64,000 nt of DNA, from positions 6,886 through 70,885 of the forward strand of contig CAZVGO010000016.1 in the NCBI GenBank assembly GCA_964626755.1. The letters are read 5' to 3'. The stretch's first letter is position 1, and every line of letters starts with the position of its first letter. Both the position numbers and the translations under genes were made by a program. Under the pieces are notes generated by a model that did not search any database, had not been told where the DNA came from, and saw only the letters and a program-made list of their open reading frames with translations. This DNA comes from an uncultured Anaerolineaceae bacterium (GTDB lineage Bacteria > Chloroflexota > Limnocylindria > Limnocylindrales > CSP1-4). Of this stretch, positions 27,770-36,744 are shown in pieces.

Positions 27770-29251
27770 TCAGTAGATCGGGGTGTTCGGTCCCACCGAC
27801 TCGAGCCACGACTTGATGTCGCGCAGCAGCGCAGCGCCGCTCGCGCCGTCGTTGGCGCGGTGATCCACGCCGAGAACCATGTTCATCACCGATCGGATCG
27901 CGATGACCTCGCCGTCCGGGGTCGCGACGACGACCGGGCGCCGGGTGATCGCCTCCATCGTCACGATCCCGACCTCCGGGACGTTGAGGATCGGCATGAC
28001 GAGGTTCGTGCCGAGGTAGCCGGTGTTATCGATGGTGAACGTGCCACCGCCGAAGTCGTCGACCTTGAACTTGCCGATCTTGGCCCGCGAGGCGACGTCT
28101 GCGATCGCGGTGTTGAGCCCGTGGATTGACAGCTGGTCGGCGTCGCGGATGACCGGCACGATCAGGCCCTCGTCGACGGCGACGGCCACCCCGACGTTGA
28201 TCCGGCGCTTCGCGAGCAGGCCCTGCTCCGTCCAGTGCGCGTTGAACGTCGGGCTCTGCTTGAGCGCCTCGGCCACGGCCTTCACGACGAACGGCACGTA
28301 GCTGAGCGACATGCCCTCCTTCGCCTGGTAGTCGCGCTTCGCCCGATCGCGGAACGCGACAAGGGGCGTTGCGTCGACCTCCATCTGGACGTACGCATGG
28401 GGCGCCAGGAGCGCCTTCGTCATCTGCGCGGCAATGCCCTTGCGCATCTGGGTCATGGGCACGAGGACCTCGTCCGCGCCGGCCGGGAACTCGATACGCT
28501 GACCGGCCGGAGCTGCGGGCCGGCCTGACGTGGCCGCGGCCGGCGTTGATGGCGCAGGTTGCGCGGGGGCCGCGGTCTGAGCCACCGCCGGAGCCGACGC
28601 GGCGGCCGCGGACTGGCCGTTGACCGGTTGGCCCGTGCGCTGCGATTCCACGAAGTTCGTGACGTCGTCGCGGGTGATCCGGCCACCACCGCCGGTCCCG
28701 ACGATCTGAGCCGCGGTGAGGCCGTGCTCCCGGAGGAGTCGCCGGACCGCGGGGGTCATCCGGGCGTCGGCGCTACCGGGCGCCTCGGTGGCCGTGGCCG
28801 TCGGAGGAGCGGCCGCCGACGCAGCTGCACGCTCGGGGGCGGCACGTTCGGGTCGCTCGTCGGACCCGGCCGGTCCCTGAGCCGGTCCCTGAGCCGCCGA
28901 CGCGGTCACTGGCTCGGCCGGCGCGGCTTCCTTCGCGGCCGGGGGCGCTTCCTTCTCCGTCGCGACCGCTGCAGCCTTGGGCGGAGCATCCGCCGCCGCG
29001 CTGCCGCCGGCCTCGTCGGCGGTCTCGATGACCGCGATCTCGGCATTGTTCGGGACGGTCGCGCCTTCCTCGACGAGGATCTCCGTGAGCACGCCCTCGA
29101 ACGGCGAGGGCACCTCGGCGTTGACCTTGTCGGTGATTACCTCGAGGAGCGGCTCGTACTTGGCGACCTTGTCGCCGGGCTTCTTGAGCCACTTGCCGAT
29201 CGTCCCCTCGGCAACGCTCTCGCCGAGCTGGGGCATCGTCACCTTGGCCAC
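27770..29251 (-). CDS. dihydrolipoamide acyltransferase E2 component of a 2-oxoacid dehydrogenase complex
   Basis: GTG start with GGAGGA upstream. Lipoyl domain EVITDKVNAEV. Ala/Pro linkers. E3-binding PAVRRLLREHGL. Catalytic motif MNMVLGVDHRANDGA. Confidence 0.9.
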   Translation of the reverse strand: MAKVTMPQLGESVAEGTIGKWLKKPGDKVAKYEPLLEVITDKVNAEVPSPFEGVLTEILVEEGATVPNNAEIAVIETADEAGGSAAADAPPKAAAVATEKEAPPAAKEAAPAEPVTASAAQGPAQGPAGSDERPERAAPERAAASAAAPPTATATEAPGSADARMTPAVRRLLREHGLTAAQIVGTGGGGRITRDDVTNFVESQRTGQPVNGQSAAAASAPAVAQTAAPAQPAPSTPAAATSGRPAAPAGQRIEFPAGADEVLVPMTQMRKGIAAQMTKALLAPHAYVQMEVDATPLVAFRDRAKRDYQAKEGMSLSYVPFVVKAVAEALKQSPTFNAHWTEQGLLAKRRINVGVAVAVDEGLIVPVIRDADQLSIHGLNTAIADVASRAKIGKFKVDDFGGGTFTIDNTGYLGTNLVMPILNVPEVGIVTMEAITRRPVVVATPDGEVIAIRSVMNMVLGVDHRANDGASGAALLRDIKSWLESVGPNTPIY

Positions 29252-29336
29252 TGGTGCGTTCCTCCGGCTTCTTGCGGGCCTAGTGTCGCGCATCCGGCCG
29301 GCGCACGCCCGATGCCTCGCCCGGTATCGTCGCCAC

Positions 29337-30503
29337 ATGCCCAAGGCCCGCACCGAGCCGGCAGTGTCGACGACCTGGCTCAGGATCGCATCGCTCCGTC
29401 TCGACCGCCAGCACATCACGAAGCGCCTGCCGGCCCGGCGCCTCCTCGACGTCGTCGATGACCACGTTGCGATCCAGGCCCAGGTGATGAGTGCGGCCGA
29501 GCTCCAGCTGAACGCCCGGCTCGACGGTCTGCGGCGGGACGACGTCCGCGATGCCCTCTGGCAGAAACGGACGCTAGTCAAGACGTGGGCGATGCGCGGG
29601 GCGCTTCACCTCATGACGGCGAAGGGCCTGTGGGACTTCGTGGCGGCGGCGCCGACCCGAGGCGGCTGGGAAACCGGCGCGTGGCTCCGCTACTTCGAGG
29701 TCACGCTCGACGAGCTGCGAGCGCTCATGGCTGCGATCGAGGAGGTACTCGATGACGAGCCCCGGACGCGGGCCGAGTTGATCGCCGGCGTCGCCGAGCG
29801 CACCGGCCAGCGCGGGAAGCGCGACCTTGCCGCGAAGCTCGCCTCGGGCTGGGGCACGTTCCTCAAGCCGCCGGCCCAGCGGGGCCACCTGGTCCAGGGG
29901 CCGCAAGCGGGCCAGAACGTCACGTTCGTGAAGCCGGCCGACTGGCTCGGCGTGAAGCCGCCTGAGCCCGTCGATCCGTACGTCGCACTCGGCGGGTTGG
30001 TGGGGCGCTTCCTAAAGCTCTTCCCTGGCGCCGGGCGCGACGGCGTGGCACGCTGGTGGGGAGCGTCGCCGAGCCGAATCGGGAAGGCGGTGAAAGCCGC
30101 GCAGCTCCCGATCGCGGAGATCGACGTCGAGGGGTCACGTGGCTGGGCGCTCGCGGATGACGTCGCGGCAATCGAGCGTGCGACCGAACCCGTCGGCGTT
30201 CGACTCCTTCCGAACTTCGATGCCTACGTCAACGACCTGCCACGGCGCGTCGACGCGCTGCTCCCCGTGGAGCACCACGATCGCATCCACCGTGTCGCGG
30301 GCTGGGTGAGCCCCGTGGTGATCGTCGACGGCCGCGTCGCCGGAACTTGGGAGATCGGCGGCGGCAAGAAGGGGGTCGTCGAGGTCGTGCCGTTCGGTCG
30401 ATGGCGCGGCGGTGCGCGCCAGGAGCTCGCAGCAGAAGCGGATCGGATCGCGGCGTTTCTCGACAGGCCTCTGGCAGTGTCGATCGGACCCGTAGCCGGC
30501 TAG
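29337..30503 (+). CDS. YcaQ-like winged-helix DNA-binding domain protein (DUF1006, putative crosslink-repair glycosylase family)
   Basis: 388 aa from ATG 29337. Overall YcaQ pattern (WAMRGALH, LLPNFD). Sits on the opposite strand inside the dehydrogenase cluster. Confidence 0.65.
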   Translation: MPKARTEPAVSTTWLRIASLRLDRQHITKRLPARRLLDVVDDHVAIQAQVMSAAELQLNARLDGLRRDDVRDALWQKRTLVKTWAMRGALHLMTAKGLWDFVAAAPTRGGWETGAWLRYFEVTLDELRALMAAIEEVLDDEPRTRAELIAGVAERTGQRGKRDLAAKLASGWGTFLKPPAQRGHLVQGPQAGQNVTFVKPADWLGVKPPEPVDPYVALGGLVGRFLKLFPGAGRDGVARWWGASPSRIGKAVKAAQLPIAEIDVEGSRGWALADDVAAIERATEPVGVRLLPNFDAYVNDLPRRVDALLPVEHHDRIHRVAGWVSPVVIVDGRVAGTWEIGGGKKGVVEVVPFGRWRGGARQELAAEADRIAAFLDRPLAVSIGPVAG

Positions 30504-30853
30504 GTCGAATGGTCGGCCCGGTAGCGCTCGTACAGGCGCGCCAGAAGGGCATCCAGATCGTGCGCGAGATCGTCGTCGAGGGTCGGGAACGTGAACGCCG
30601 CCTTGCCCGAGCGGCGCTTGAGCAGCGCAGCCGACGTGCCCGTCAGAGCATCGGGATACGTGTCCGCGACCAGGAGGTAGAGGCTCACGTAGCTCTTGCC
30701 CGACTTGACGCTGGCGAAGTAGTCGTGCGCCTTGGCGCCCGGCCAGCGAAGCGACGGAATACCGTAGATCGTGGCCGGCTCGAGCTCCCGCCGGTACGGC
30801 TCGAGCATCGACCAGATGCGCGCCTCGATGGCGGCAAGGTCCGGACCGGCCAC
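30500..30853 (-). CDS. DUF1801 (YdhG-like) domain protein, paralogue 3
   Basis: KAAFTFPTLDDDLAHDLDALLARL block, homologous to the two upstream paralogues. Confidence 0.6.
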   Translation of the reverse strand: MAGPDLAAIEARIWSMLEPYRRELEPATIYGIPSLRWPGAKAHDYFASVKSGKSYVSLYLLVADTYPDALTGTSAALLKRRSGKAAFTFPTLDDDLAHDLDALLARLYERYRADHST

Positions 30854-30854
30854 C

Positions 30855-31172
30855 TCAGGTGCCGGCGCGCCGGTGGGCCATCCCGTGTTCGACCCGCTTC
30901 GCCGCGCCCCAGGCAGGGTTGCCTGCCGTTCGCTCGTGGCCGGTCCTGGTCAGTGCCTCGAGCTCCGCGAACAGCCCCTCGTCGACGGTCGTGAAGTTGA
31001 AGCAGGACTTGCCCTGCATCCGCCGCTTGAGCTCGGGCGAGACGGAGTCGAGCAACGACGGCTCGACGTACACCGGCATCAGGTAGTACCCGTCGCTCGA
31101 CACGTGCATCTGCCGTCCGTACGGCTCGGGGATCGACTTCAGGCGTTCGAAGGCACTGGGAAGGTTGGTCAC
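30855..31172 (-). CDS. DUF1801 (YdhG-like) domain protein, paralogue 2
   Basis: KSCFNFTTVDEGLFAELEALT block. Confidence 0.6.
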   Translation of the reverse strand: MTNLPSAFERLKSIPEPYGRQMHVSSDGYYLMPVYVEPSLLDSVSPELKRRMQGKSCFNFTTVDEGLFAELEALTRTGHERTAGNPAWGAAKRVEHGMAHRRAGT

Positions 31173-31564
31173 GACGCTCGGTCACGCTTGCCGGAGCGCT
31201 CGGCGTCGACCGCCTCGGCCACCTTTCGGAACCCGGGGATTCCTCGCGCGCTGAGGTCGGCGAGCTCGCGGAAGAGCGCCTCGTCGATGGTCGCGAAGTT
31301 GAAGCACGACTTGCCCTGCATCCGCTTCCTGAGCGCCGGCGAGACGGATCTGTTGAGCTCCGGCGAGGCGTAGACCGGCATCAGGTGGAAGCTGACGTAG
31401 CGCTTGCCGAGCCGCGTGCCGGCGACGTAGCCCCAGGGCTTGCCCTCGAGCCCGGGGACCTCGACGGTGATCCCCTCCGGCGTGTCCTTCGTGACGGCAA
31501 GCCCGCTCCGATTCGACCTCACGATCGCCCGGAGCCGATCGTGCACGGCGCCGAGATCGGCCAT
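31169..31564 (-). CDS. DUF1801 (YdhG-like) domain protein, paralogue 1
   Basis: KSCFNFATIDEALFRELADL block. 4-nt overlap with paralogue 2. Confidence 0.6.
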   Translation of the reverse strand: MADLGAVHDRLRAIVRSNRSGLAVTKDTPEGITVEVPGLEGKPWGYVAGTRLGKRYVSFHLMPVYASPELNRSVSPALRKRMQGKSCFNFATIDEALFRELADLSARGIPGFRKVAEAVDAERSGKRDRAS

Positions 31565-31588
31565 GAGAATCCCTCCCGTGGTGCGTCC

Positions 31589-32572
31589 CTAGTACGCGGC
31601 CAGCTTGCGGATCGAGTCGGCGATCTTCTCCGGGCTCACCATGAACCAGTCCTCGAGGACGTGGTTGTACGGCACCGCCGGGACGTCCGGTCCCGCGACG
31701 CGGACGACCGGGCCGTCGAGGTAGTCGAACGCCTCCTCGGCGACCGTCGCGGCGACCTCCGCCCCGTAGCCGCCGAACCGGTTGTCCTCGTACACGACGA
31801 GGCACTTGCCGGTCTTCCGGACCGAGTCGAGGAGCGTCTCCTTGTCGAGCGGCCGGAGCGTGCGCAGGTCGACGACTTCGACGCTGATCCCCTCCTCGGC
31901 GACCCGGTCGGCCGCCTCGAGCGCGTAGTGCGCCATCAGCCCGTAAGCGACGACCGACAGCTGCGTCCCGGGGCGGGTCACGGCGGCCCGGCCGAGCGGC
32001 ACGACGTACTCGCCGTCCGGGACGTCGCCGCGGACCGATCGGTACATCTTCTTGTGCTCGAAGTACAGCACAGGGTCGTCGTCGCGGACCGCCGAGCGGA
32101 GCAGGCCTTTCGCGTCGTACGGCGTCGACGGCACGACCACCTTGAGACCCGGAACGTGGGTGAAGTACGCCTCGACCGATTGCGAGTGGTAGAGCGCCCC
32201 GTGAACGCCGCCACCGTACGGGGCGCGGATCGTCATCGGCACGCTGTAGCCGTTGTTCGACCGGTAGCGCATCCGGGCAGCCTCGGACACGATCTGGTTG
32301 AACGCCGGGAAGATGAAGTCGGCGAACTGGATCTCGGCTACCGGCCGCAGACCGTTGACGGCGGCCCCGATCGACGCGCCGACGATCATCGACTCGGTCA
32401 GCGGGGTGTCGATCACGCGGTCCTCGCCGAACTCGGCCCACAGGCCATCGGTGGCAAGGAAGACGCCGCCCTTCTTGCCGACGTCCTCGCCGAGGACGAT
32501 GATCGACTCGTCCCGGCGCATCTCCTCCGCCAGGCCCTCGCGGATCGCCTCGATGAACGTCCTGGCCGGCAT
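31589..32572 (-). CDS. 2-oxoacid dehydrogenase E1 component beta subunit
   Basis: Start MPARTFIEAIREGL. Transketolase-like C-terminal blocks. ATGA overlap with the alpha subunit gene. Confidence 0.9.
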   Translation of the reverse strand: MPARTFIEAIREGLAEEMRRDESIIVLGEDVGKKGGVFLATDGLWAEFGEDRVIDTPLTESMIVGASIGAAVNGLRPVAEIQFADFIFPAFNQIVSEAARMRYRSNNGYSVPMTIRAPYGGGVHGALYHSQSVEAYFTHVPGLKVVVPSTPYDAKGLLRSAVRDDDPVLYFEHKKMYRSVRGDVPDGEYVVPLGRAAVTRPGTQLSVVAYGLMAHYALEAADRVAEEGISVEVVDLRTLRPLDKETLLDSVRKTGKCLVVYEDNRFGGYGAEVAATVAEEAFDYLDGPVVRVAGPDVPAVPYNHVLEDWFMVSPEKIADSIRKLAAY

Positions 32573-33660
32573 CAGTCCGACTCCCCGCCGGCGGGCTTCT
32601 CGTCCGCGTGTCCACCGAAGCCCCACGGCGGCGGCGTCTCCGACGGCCACTCCTCGGCGTAGACCCATTTCATCGCGGTCGAGGGCTCCGGGTCCGGCTG
32701 CGATTCGGCGTACTCGGTGGCGTCGTCCACGACGGTCGTGATCTCCGCCGTGAGGCGCGTCTCGATCGCCTTCGTCAGGATGCCGGCCGTGGCGAGCTGT
32801 TCGCGGAAGCGCGGCAACGGGTCATGGCTCTTGCCCGCGGCGAGGTCCTCCTCGGAGCGGTACTTCGACTGCTGGTCGTCGCTCGAGTGGCCGGTCAGCC
32901 GGGTTACCTTGGCCTCGATGAACGTGGGGCCCTCGCCCGCCCGGGCCCGGGCGACGGCCTCCTTCGTGGCCTTGTAGCAGGCCAGCACGTCGCTGCCGTC
33001 GACGACGACGCCGGGCATCCCGTAGCCCGAGGCGCGGTCCGCGACGTCCTCGACCGACAGCTCGAGGGACGCGGGCACGCTGATCGCGTAGCCGTTGTTC
33101 TCGACGACGAACACGAACGGCAGCTTGTGGATCGCCGCGAAGTTCAGCCCCTCGTGGACGTCGCCCTGGTTCGACGATCCCTCGCCCATGATCGTCATCG
33201 CCACCTCGCCGGTCTTCCGGATCTTCGCCGCGAGCGCGATCCCAACCGCATGGAGGAGCTGGGTGGCGACGGGCGACGAGACCGACACGAGGTTGTGCTC
33301 GCGGCTGCCGTAGTGGCCGGGCATCTGCCGCCCACCCGACGACGGGTCGCCGGCGGTGGCGTACTGGGCGGTCATGATGTCCCGGGCGGACATTCCGAAC
33401 GTCAGGCAGGTCGCGATAGACCGGTAGTACGGGGCGATCCAGTCCTTGCCTTTCTCGAGCGCCCAGGCGATGCCGACCTGCGCCCCCTCGTGACCCTGGC
33501 CGCTGATGACGAACGGGATGCGGCCGGCCCGGTTGAGGATCCACATCCGCTCGTCGACAGCCCGCGCGAGCGCCACGAGGCGGTACATCTCGACGAGCTG
33601 CTCGTCGGACAGGCCGACTGCCTCGCCGAGGTGGGTGACTTTCTTGTCGCTCACGGCCAT
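32572..33660 (-). CDS. 2-oxoacid dehydrogenase E1 component alpha subunit (TPP-dependent)
   Basis: Start MAVSDKK, preceded by AGGAGG. TPP-binding motif GEGSSNQGDVHEGLNFAA. Confidence 0.9.
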   Translation of the reverse strand: MAVSDKKVTHLGEAVGLSDEQLVEMYRLVALARAVDERMWILNRAGRIPFVISGQGHEGAQVGIAWALEKGKDWIAPYYRSIATCLTFGMSARDIMTAQYATAGDPSSGGRQMPGHYGSREHNLVSVSSPVATQLLHAVGIALAAKIRKTGEVAMTIMGEGSSNQGDVHEGLNFAAIHKLPFVFVVENNGYAISVPASLELSVEDVADRASGYGMPGVVVDGSDVLACYKATKEAVARARAGEGPTFIEAKVTRLTGHSSDDQQSKYRSEEDLAAGKSHDPLPRFREQLATAGILTKAIETRLTAEITTVVDDATEYAESQPDPEPSTAMKWVYAEEWPSETPPPWGFGGHADEKPAGGESD

Positions 33661-33700
33661 CGGGCGAATCGTGCCTCCTGTGGGGAGCTCGGCGTCCGGC

Positions 33701-35143
33701 TCAGAAGTTGATCGACCTGCCGTCGACCGCCATCGCCGCCTCGCCGAGCACCTCGGAGAGCGTCGGGTGCGGGTGGGTCGCGGCACCGATCTCCCACGCG
33801 GTCGCGTCGAGCTCGAACGCGAGCGAGGCCTCGGAAACGAGATCGGTCACGTGCGGGCCGATGAGGTGGACGCCGAGGGTGTCGTCCTTCTCGGCGTGGG
33901 CGATGATCTTTACGAATCCCTCGTACTCGCCGCCGATGATGGCCTTGGCGATCGCCTGGAACGGGACCTTTCCGATCTTCACGGGCAGCCCCTGCTCCTG
34001 GCACTGCTGCTCGGTCAGGCCGATCGACGCGATCTCGGGCCGGCAGTATGTGGCCCGGGGCTGCTTGACGTAGTCGATCTCCGGCACGTCCTTCTCGCCG
34101 GCGATCGTGTGGGCCGCAACGATCCCTTCGTGGGCCGCCGTGTGGGCCAGCCATAGCCCGCCCACGACGTCACCGATCGCGTACACGTGCGGCTCCTTCG
34201 TCCGCATCCGGCCGTTGACCTTGATGATCCCCTTGTCGGTGTCGACCTTGGTCGTCTCGAGCCCGATCTCCTCGAGGTTCGCCGCCCGGCCGGTGGCGAC
34301 CAGCAGCATCTCCGCCCGGACTTCCTGGGGATCCTTGCCGTCCGGCCCGACCATCAGGCAGATCCCGTCCTTCTCGACGCTCACCTTGGCGGGGTCGAAC
34401 CGGGCATTGGTCATGACCGTCATCCCGCGCCGGGTGAAGCTCCGCTCCAGGGCCTGGCTGATGTCCTTGTCCTCGAGGGGCACGATCGCCGGGGCGTACT
34501 CGAGCAGGGTCACCTTGACGCCGACGTCATGGAAGAACGAGGCGAACTCGACGCCGACCGCGCCCGCGCCCACGACCACGATGTCCTTCGGCAGCCTCGT
34601 CATCGTCAGGACGTCGTCGCTGGTCACGATCCGCTTGCCGTCGGGCTCGAGCCCGGGCAGCGACTTGACCCGGGACCCGGTGGCGACGATGACGTCCGTG
34701 GCCTGGAGGACGCGCTCCCCTCCCCCGCCCGGCTTGCCGTCCTCGCCGGCCTGGGCGACGCGGACGTTCGTCGGCCCGTCCAGCCGGCCGCGGCCCTGGA
34801 CCCAGGCGACCTTGTTCTTGTCGACAAGGGTCTTGAGGCCGGTCCACATGCGCTTCACGACCTGGTCGCGGCGCGCCGCCATTTGCGGGTAGTCGACCCC
34901 CGGCTCGCCGGACAGCGTGACGCCGTAGTCCTTCGCGTGGCGGACGCGGTCGACGAAGGCGGCCGATTCGAGCAAGGCCTTCGTCGGGATGCAGCCCCGA
35001 TGGAGGCACGTCCCGCCGATCTTGTCCTCGTCGACGAGCGCGACACGGAGGCCCAGCTGGGCCGCCCGGAACGCGGCGGTATACCCGCCCGTGCCAGCGC
35101 CCAGCACCACGAGATCGAAGTCGTTCGAAGAGCCGACGGCCAT
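33701..35143 (-). CDS. lpdA: dihydrolipoyl dehydrogenase (E3)
   Basis: FAD-binding GAGTGGY. Redox disulfide GGTCLHRGCIPTK. C-terminal interface HAHPTLSE. Confidence 0.9.
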   Translation of the reverse strand: MAVGSSNDFDLVVLGAGTGGYTAAFRAAQLGLRVALVDEDKIGGTCLHRGCIPTKALLESAAFVDRVRHAKDYGVTLSGEPGVDYPQMAARRDQVVKRMWTGLKTLVDKNKVAWVQGRGRLDGPTNVRVAQAGEDGKPGGGGERVLQATDVIVATGSRVKSLPGLEPDGKRIVTSDDVLTMTRLPKDIVVVGAGAVGVEFASFFHDVGVKVTLLEYAPAIVPLEDKDISQALERSFTRRGMTVMTNARFDPAKVSVEKDGICLMVGPDGKDPQEVRAEMLLVATGRAANLEEIGLETTKVDTDKGIIKVNGRMRTKEPHVYAIGDVVGGLWLAHTAAHEGIVAAHTIAGEKDVPEIDYVKQPRATYCRPEIASIGLTEQQCQEQGLPVKIGKVPFQAIAKAIIGGEYEGFVKIIAHAEKDDTLGVHLIGPHVTDLVSEASLAFELDATAWEIGAATHPHPTLSEVLGEAAMAVDGRSINF

Positions 35144-35210
35144 CGGCCGGATGGTAGCGCGTTCCCGATGGGTGCGGGAACGGCGGGGCCGGCTCCGGGC
35201 CTTCCGGGCG

Positions 35211-35220
35211 GTGCTAGATT
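35211..35220 (+). promoter_or_regulatory. extended -10 element TGcTAGATT, ~10 nt upstream of the plsY ATG
   Basis: ggTGcTAGATTgaccgccacgATG. Confidence 0.35.
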
Positions 35221-35230
35221 GACCGCCACG

Positions 35231-35881
35231 ATGGATTTGCCGGGTGCCCTGCGGGTTCTCCTCCTGGTCGGGCTGGCGTACGTGTCCGGCTCGGTCCCGA
35301 TGAGCGTGATCGTGGCCCGCCTGTCGGGCGGGGTGGACCCGCGGACGGTCGGCTCGGGGCGGACCGGCGGGACGAACGCGCTGCGGGCCCTCGGCCGGAG
35401 GCGGGCGGCCGTGGTGGTGATCGGCGACGTGCTGAAGGGGGCGCTGCCAGTGCTCCTCGCGCGCTGGCTCGGCGCGGGGCCGGTCGTCGAGGTCATGTGC
35501 GCGCTGGCCGCGGTCCTCGGCTCGTCGCGCTCGATGTTCCTCGGGTTCGGGGGCGGCCGGGGCGTCGGTACCGGCGTCGGGACGATGCTCGTGATCCAGC
35601 CGCTCGCCGTGGTCCTCGCCGCGCCCGTGTTCATCGGCGTGATCGTCGTCACCCGGTACGTCTCGCTCGGGTCGCTGCTGGCAGCCGTGGCGATAGTGTT
35701 CTGGATGGTCGTCCTGTGGGTGGCCACGAACGGGGCGTTCCCGATCATCTACCCGATCTACGCGGCCGTCGGGGCCGGGCTCATCTGGCTCGCCCACGCC
35801 GACAACATCGAACGGCTGCTCCACGGCAAGGAGCGCAAGTTCGATCTCACGCTGCTCGGCGGGCGCGGCCAGGGCGGCTGA
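35231..35881 (+). CDS. plsY: glycerol-3-phosphate acyltransferase PlsY
   Basis: 216 aa polytopic membrane protein with the GSGRTGGTNALRALG motif (PlsY GSGNxGxTN-like). Confidence 0.85.
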   Translation: MDLPGALRVLLLVGLAYVSGSVPMSVIVARLSGGVDPRTVGSGRTGGTNALRALGRRRAAVVVIGDVLKGALPVLLARWLGAGPVVEVMCALAAVLGSSRSMFLGFGGGRGVGTGVGTMLVIQPLAVVLAAPVFIGVIVVTRYVSLGSLLAAVAIVFWMVVLWVATNGAFPIIYPIYAAVGAGLIWLAHADNIERLLHGKERKFDLTLLGGRGQGG

Positions 35882-36047
35882 GGGCTGAGGGTGGCGCTGA
35901 GAACACCACCTGAGAACACCCCCCCCTTCGTCCATGCCCATCGCCTGCATGAGCGCGTCGTCGGGGCCCCGCACATGCGCTTGACGGGCATACGACGAGG
36001 GGGGTGTTTCGGCGAAGCCTGGGCTGGTGGGGCCGAGAATCGAACGA

Positions 36048-36070
36048 CCCGGGCCGGCTGACGGCCCGGG
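36048..36070. terminator. GC-rich perfect hairpin (8-bp stem) between convergent plsY and the zinc-ribbon gene; candidate bidirectional terminator
   Basis: cccgggcc-ggctgac-ggcccggg. Lies between two convergent 3' ends. Confidence 0.4.
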
Positions 36071-36126
36071 TCGTGGGTATCACGCTGTTTCCCTCGAGTC
36101 CCCGTTGGACCCGTACCGAGAGGAGA

Positions 36127-36534
36127 TCAGCCGCCGCGCATGCTCCGGAAGCAGTCGCTGCAATAGACGGGCTTGCCGCTCGTCGGGCGGAAGGGTACCT
36201 GGGCCTCGCGGCCGCAGTTCGAGCAGGTGGCCGAGAACATCTCGCGGGGACCGCGATCGCGGGCGCCGTAGCCCCCGCCACCGCCACCACCGCCGCCGCC
36301 GCCGCCACTGTAGCCGCCGGCGCTGTAGCCGCCGCCGGCACCGTAGCTGCCGTATCCACCACCGCCGCCGCTGCCGCCGCCGTCACCGCCCCGGGCGGCC
36401 TTGCGGCTCGCTCGGCACGAGGGGCACCGGCGCGGCTCGGTGAAGCCACGCTGCGCGTAGAAATCCTGCTCGGAAGCGGTGAAGACGAACTCCTGTCCGC
36501 AATCCGCGCAGGTCAGATTCTTGTCGTTGTACAC
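36127..36534 (-). CDS. zinc-ribbon protein with two CxxC pairs at each end, separated by a Gly/Tyr/Ser-rich low-complexity linker
   Basis: N-terminus CADCG...CPSCR. Linker GGDGGGSGGGGGYGSYGAGGGYSAGGYSGGGGGGGGGGGGYG. C-terminus CSNCG...CSDCF. GTG start with GAGAGGAG SD. Confidence 0.6.
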   Translation of the reverse strand: MYNDKNLTCADCGQEFVFTASEQDFYAQRGFTEPRRCPSCRASRKAARGGDGGGSGGGGGYGSYGAGGGYSAGGYSGGGGGGGGGGGGYGARDRGPREMFSATCSNCGREAQVPFRPTSGKPVYCSDCFRSMRGG

Positions 36535-36543
36535 GAAACCAAA

Positions 36544-36600
36544 ACTCCTCTCGGTAGCCGCGCGATCCCTCCGGGTTTTCTCGCGTCAGCCGTGAGAGGA
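36544..36600 (-). promoter_or_regulatory. 5'-UTR hairpin: anti-SD CUCCUCUC pairs with SD GAGAGGAG of the zinc-ribbon gene, separated by a 41-nt loop
   Basis: On the mRNA strand: CUCCUCUC-(41 nt)-GAGAGGAG-(9 nt)-GUG. 8-bp perfect complementarity sequesters the ribosome-binding site. Confidence 0.35.
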
Positions 36601-36744
36601 GTCCGAGTCGTCGTCTAGCTACTGAATTCTGTAGTCACGGGACGCTTCCCGCGACATTGCCGCCGCGAGTTTACGCGGTCGGATCACGCGTGTACAGCCC
36701 CACCATTCCGTACCGGACCGCACATCGGCAACACGGCGTGGCGC

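Noticed and set aside
34187-35881. 564-aa plus-strand ORF as one gene
   Set aside because: Only the last 216 aa (PlsY) are credible. The upstream portion is antisense to lpdA.
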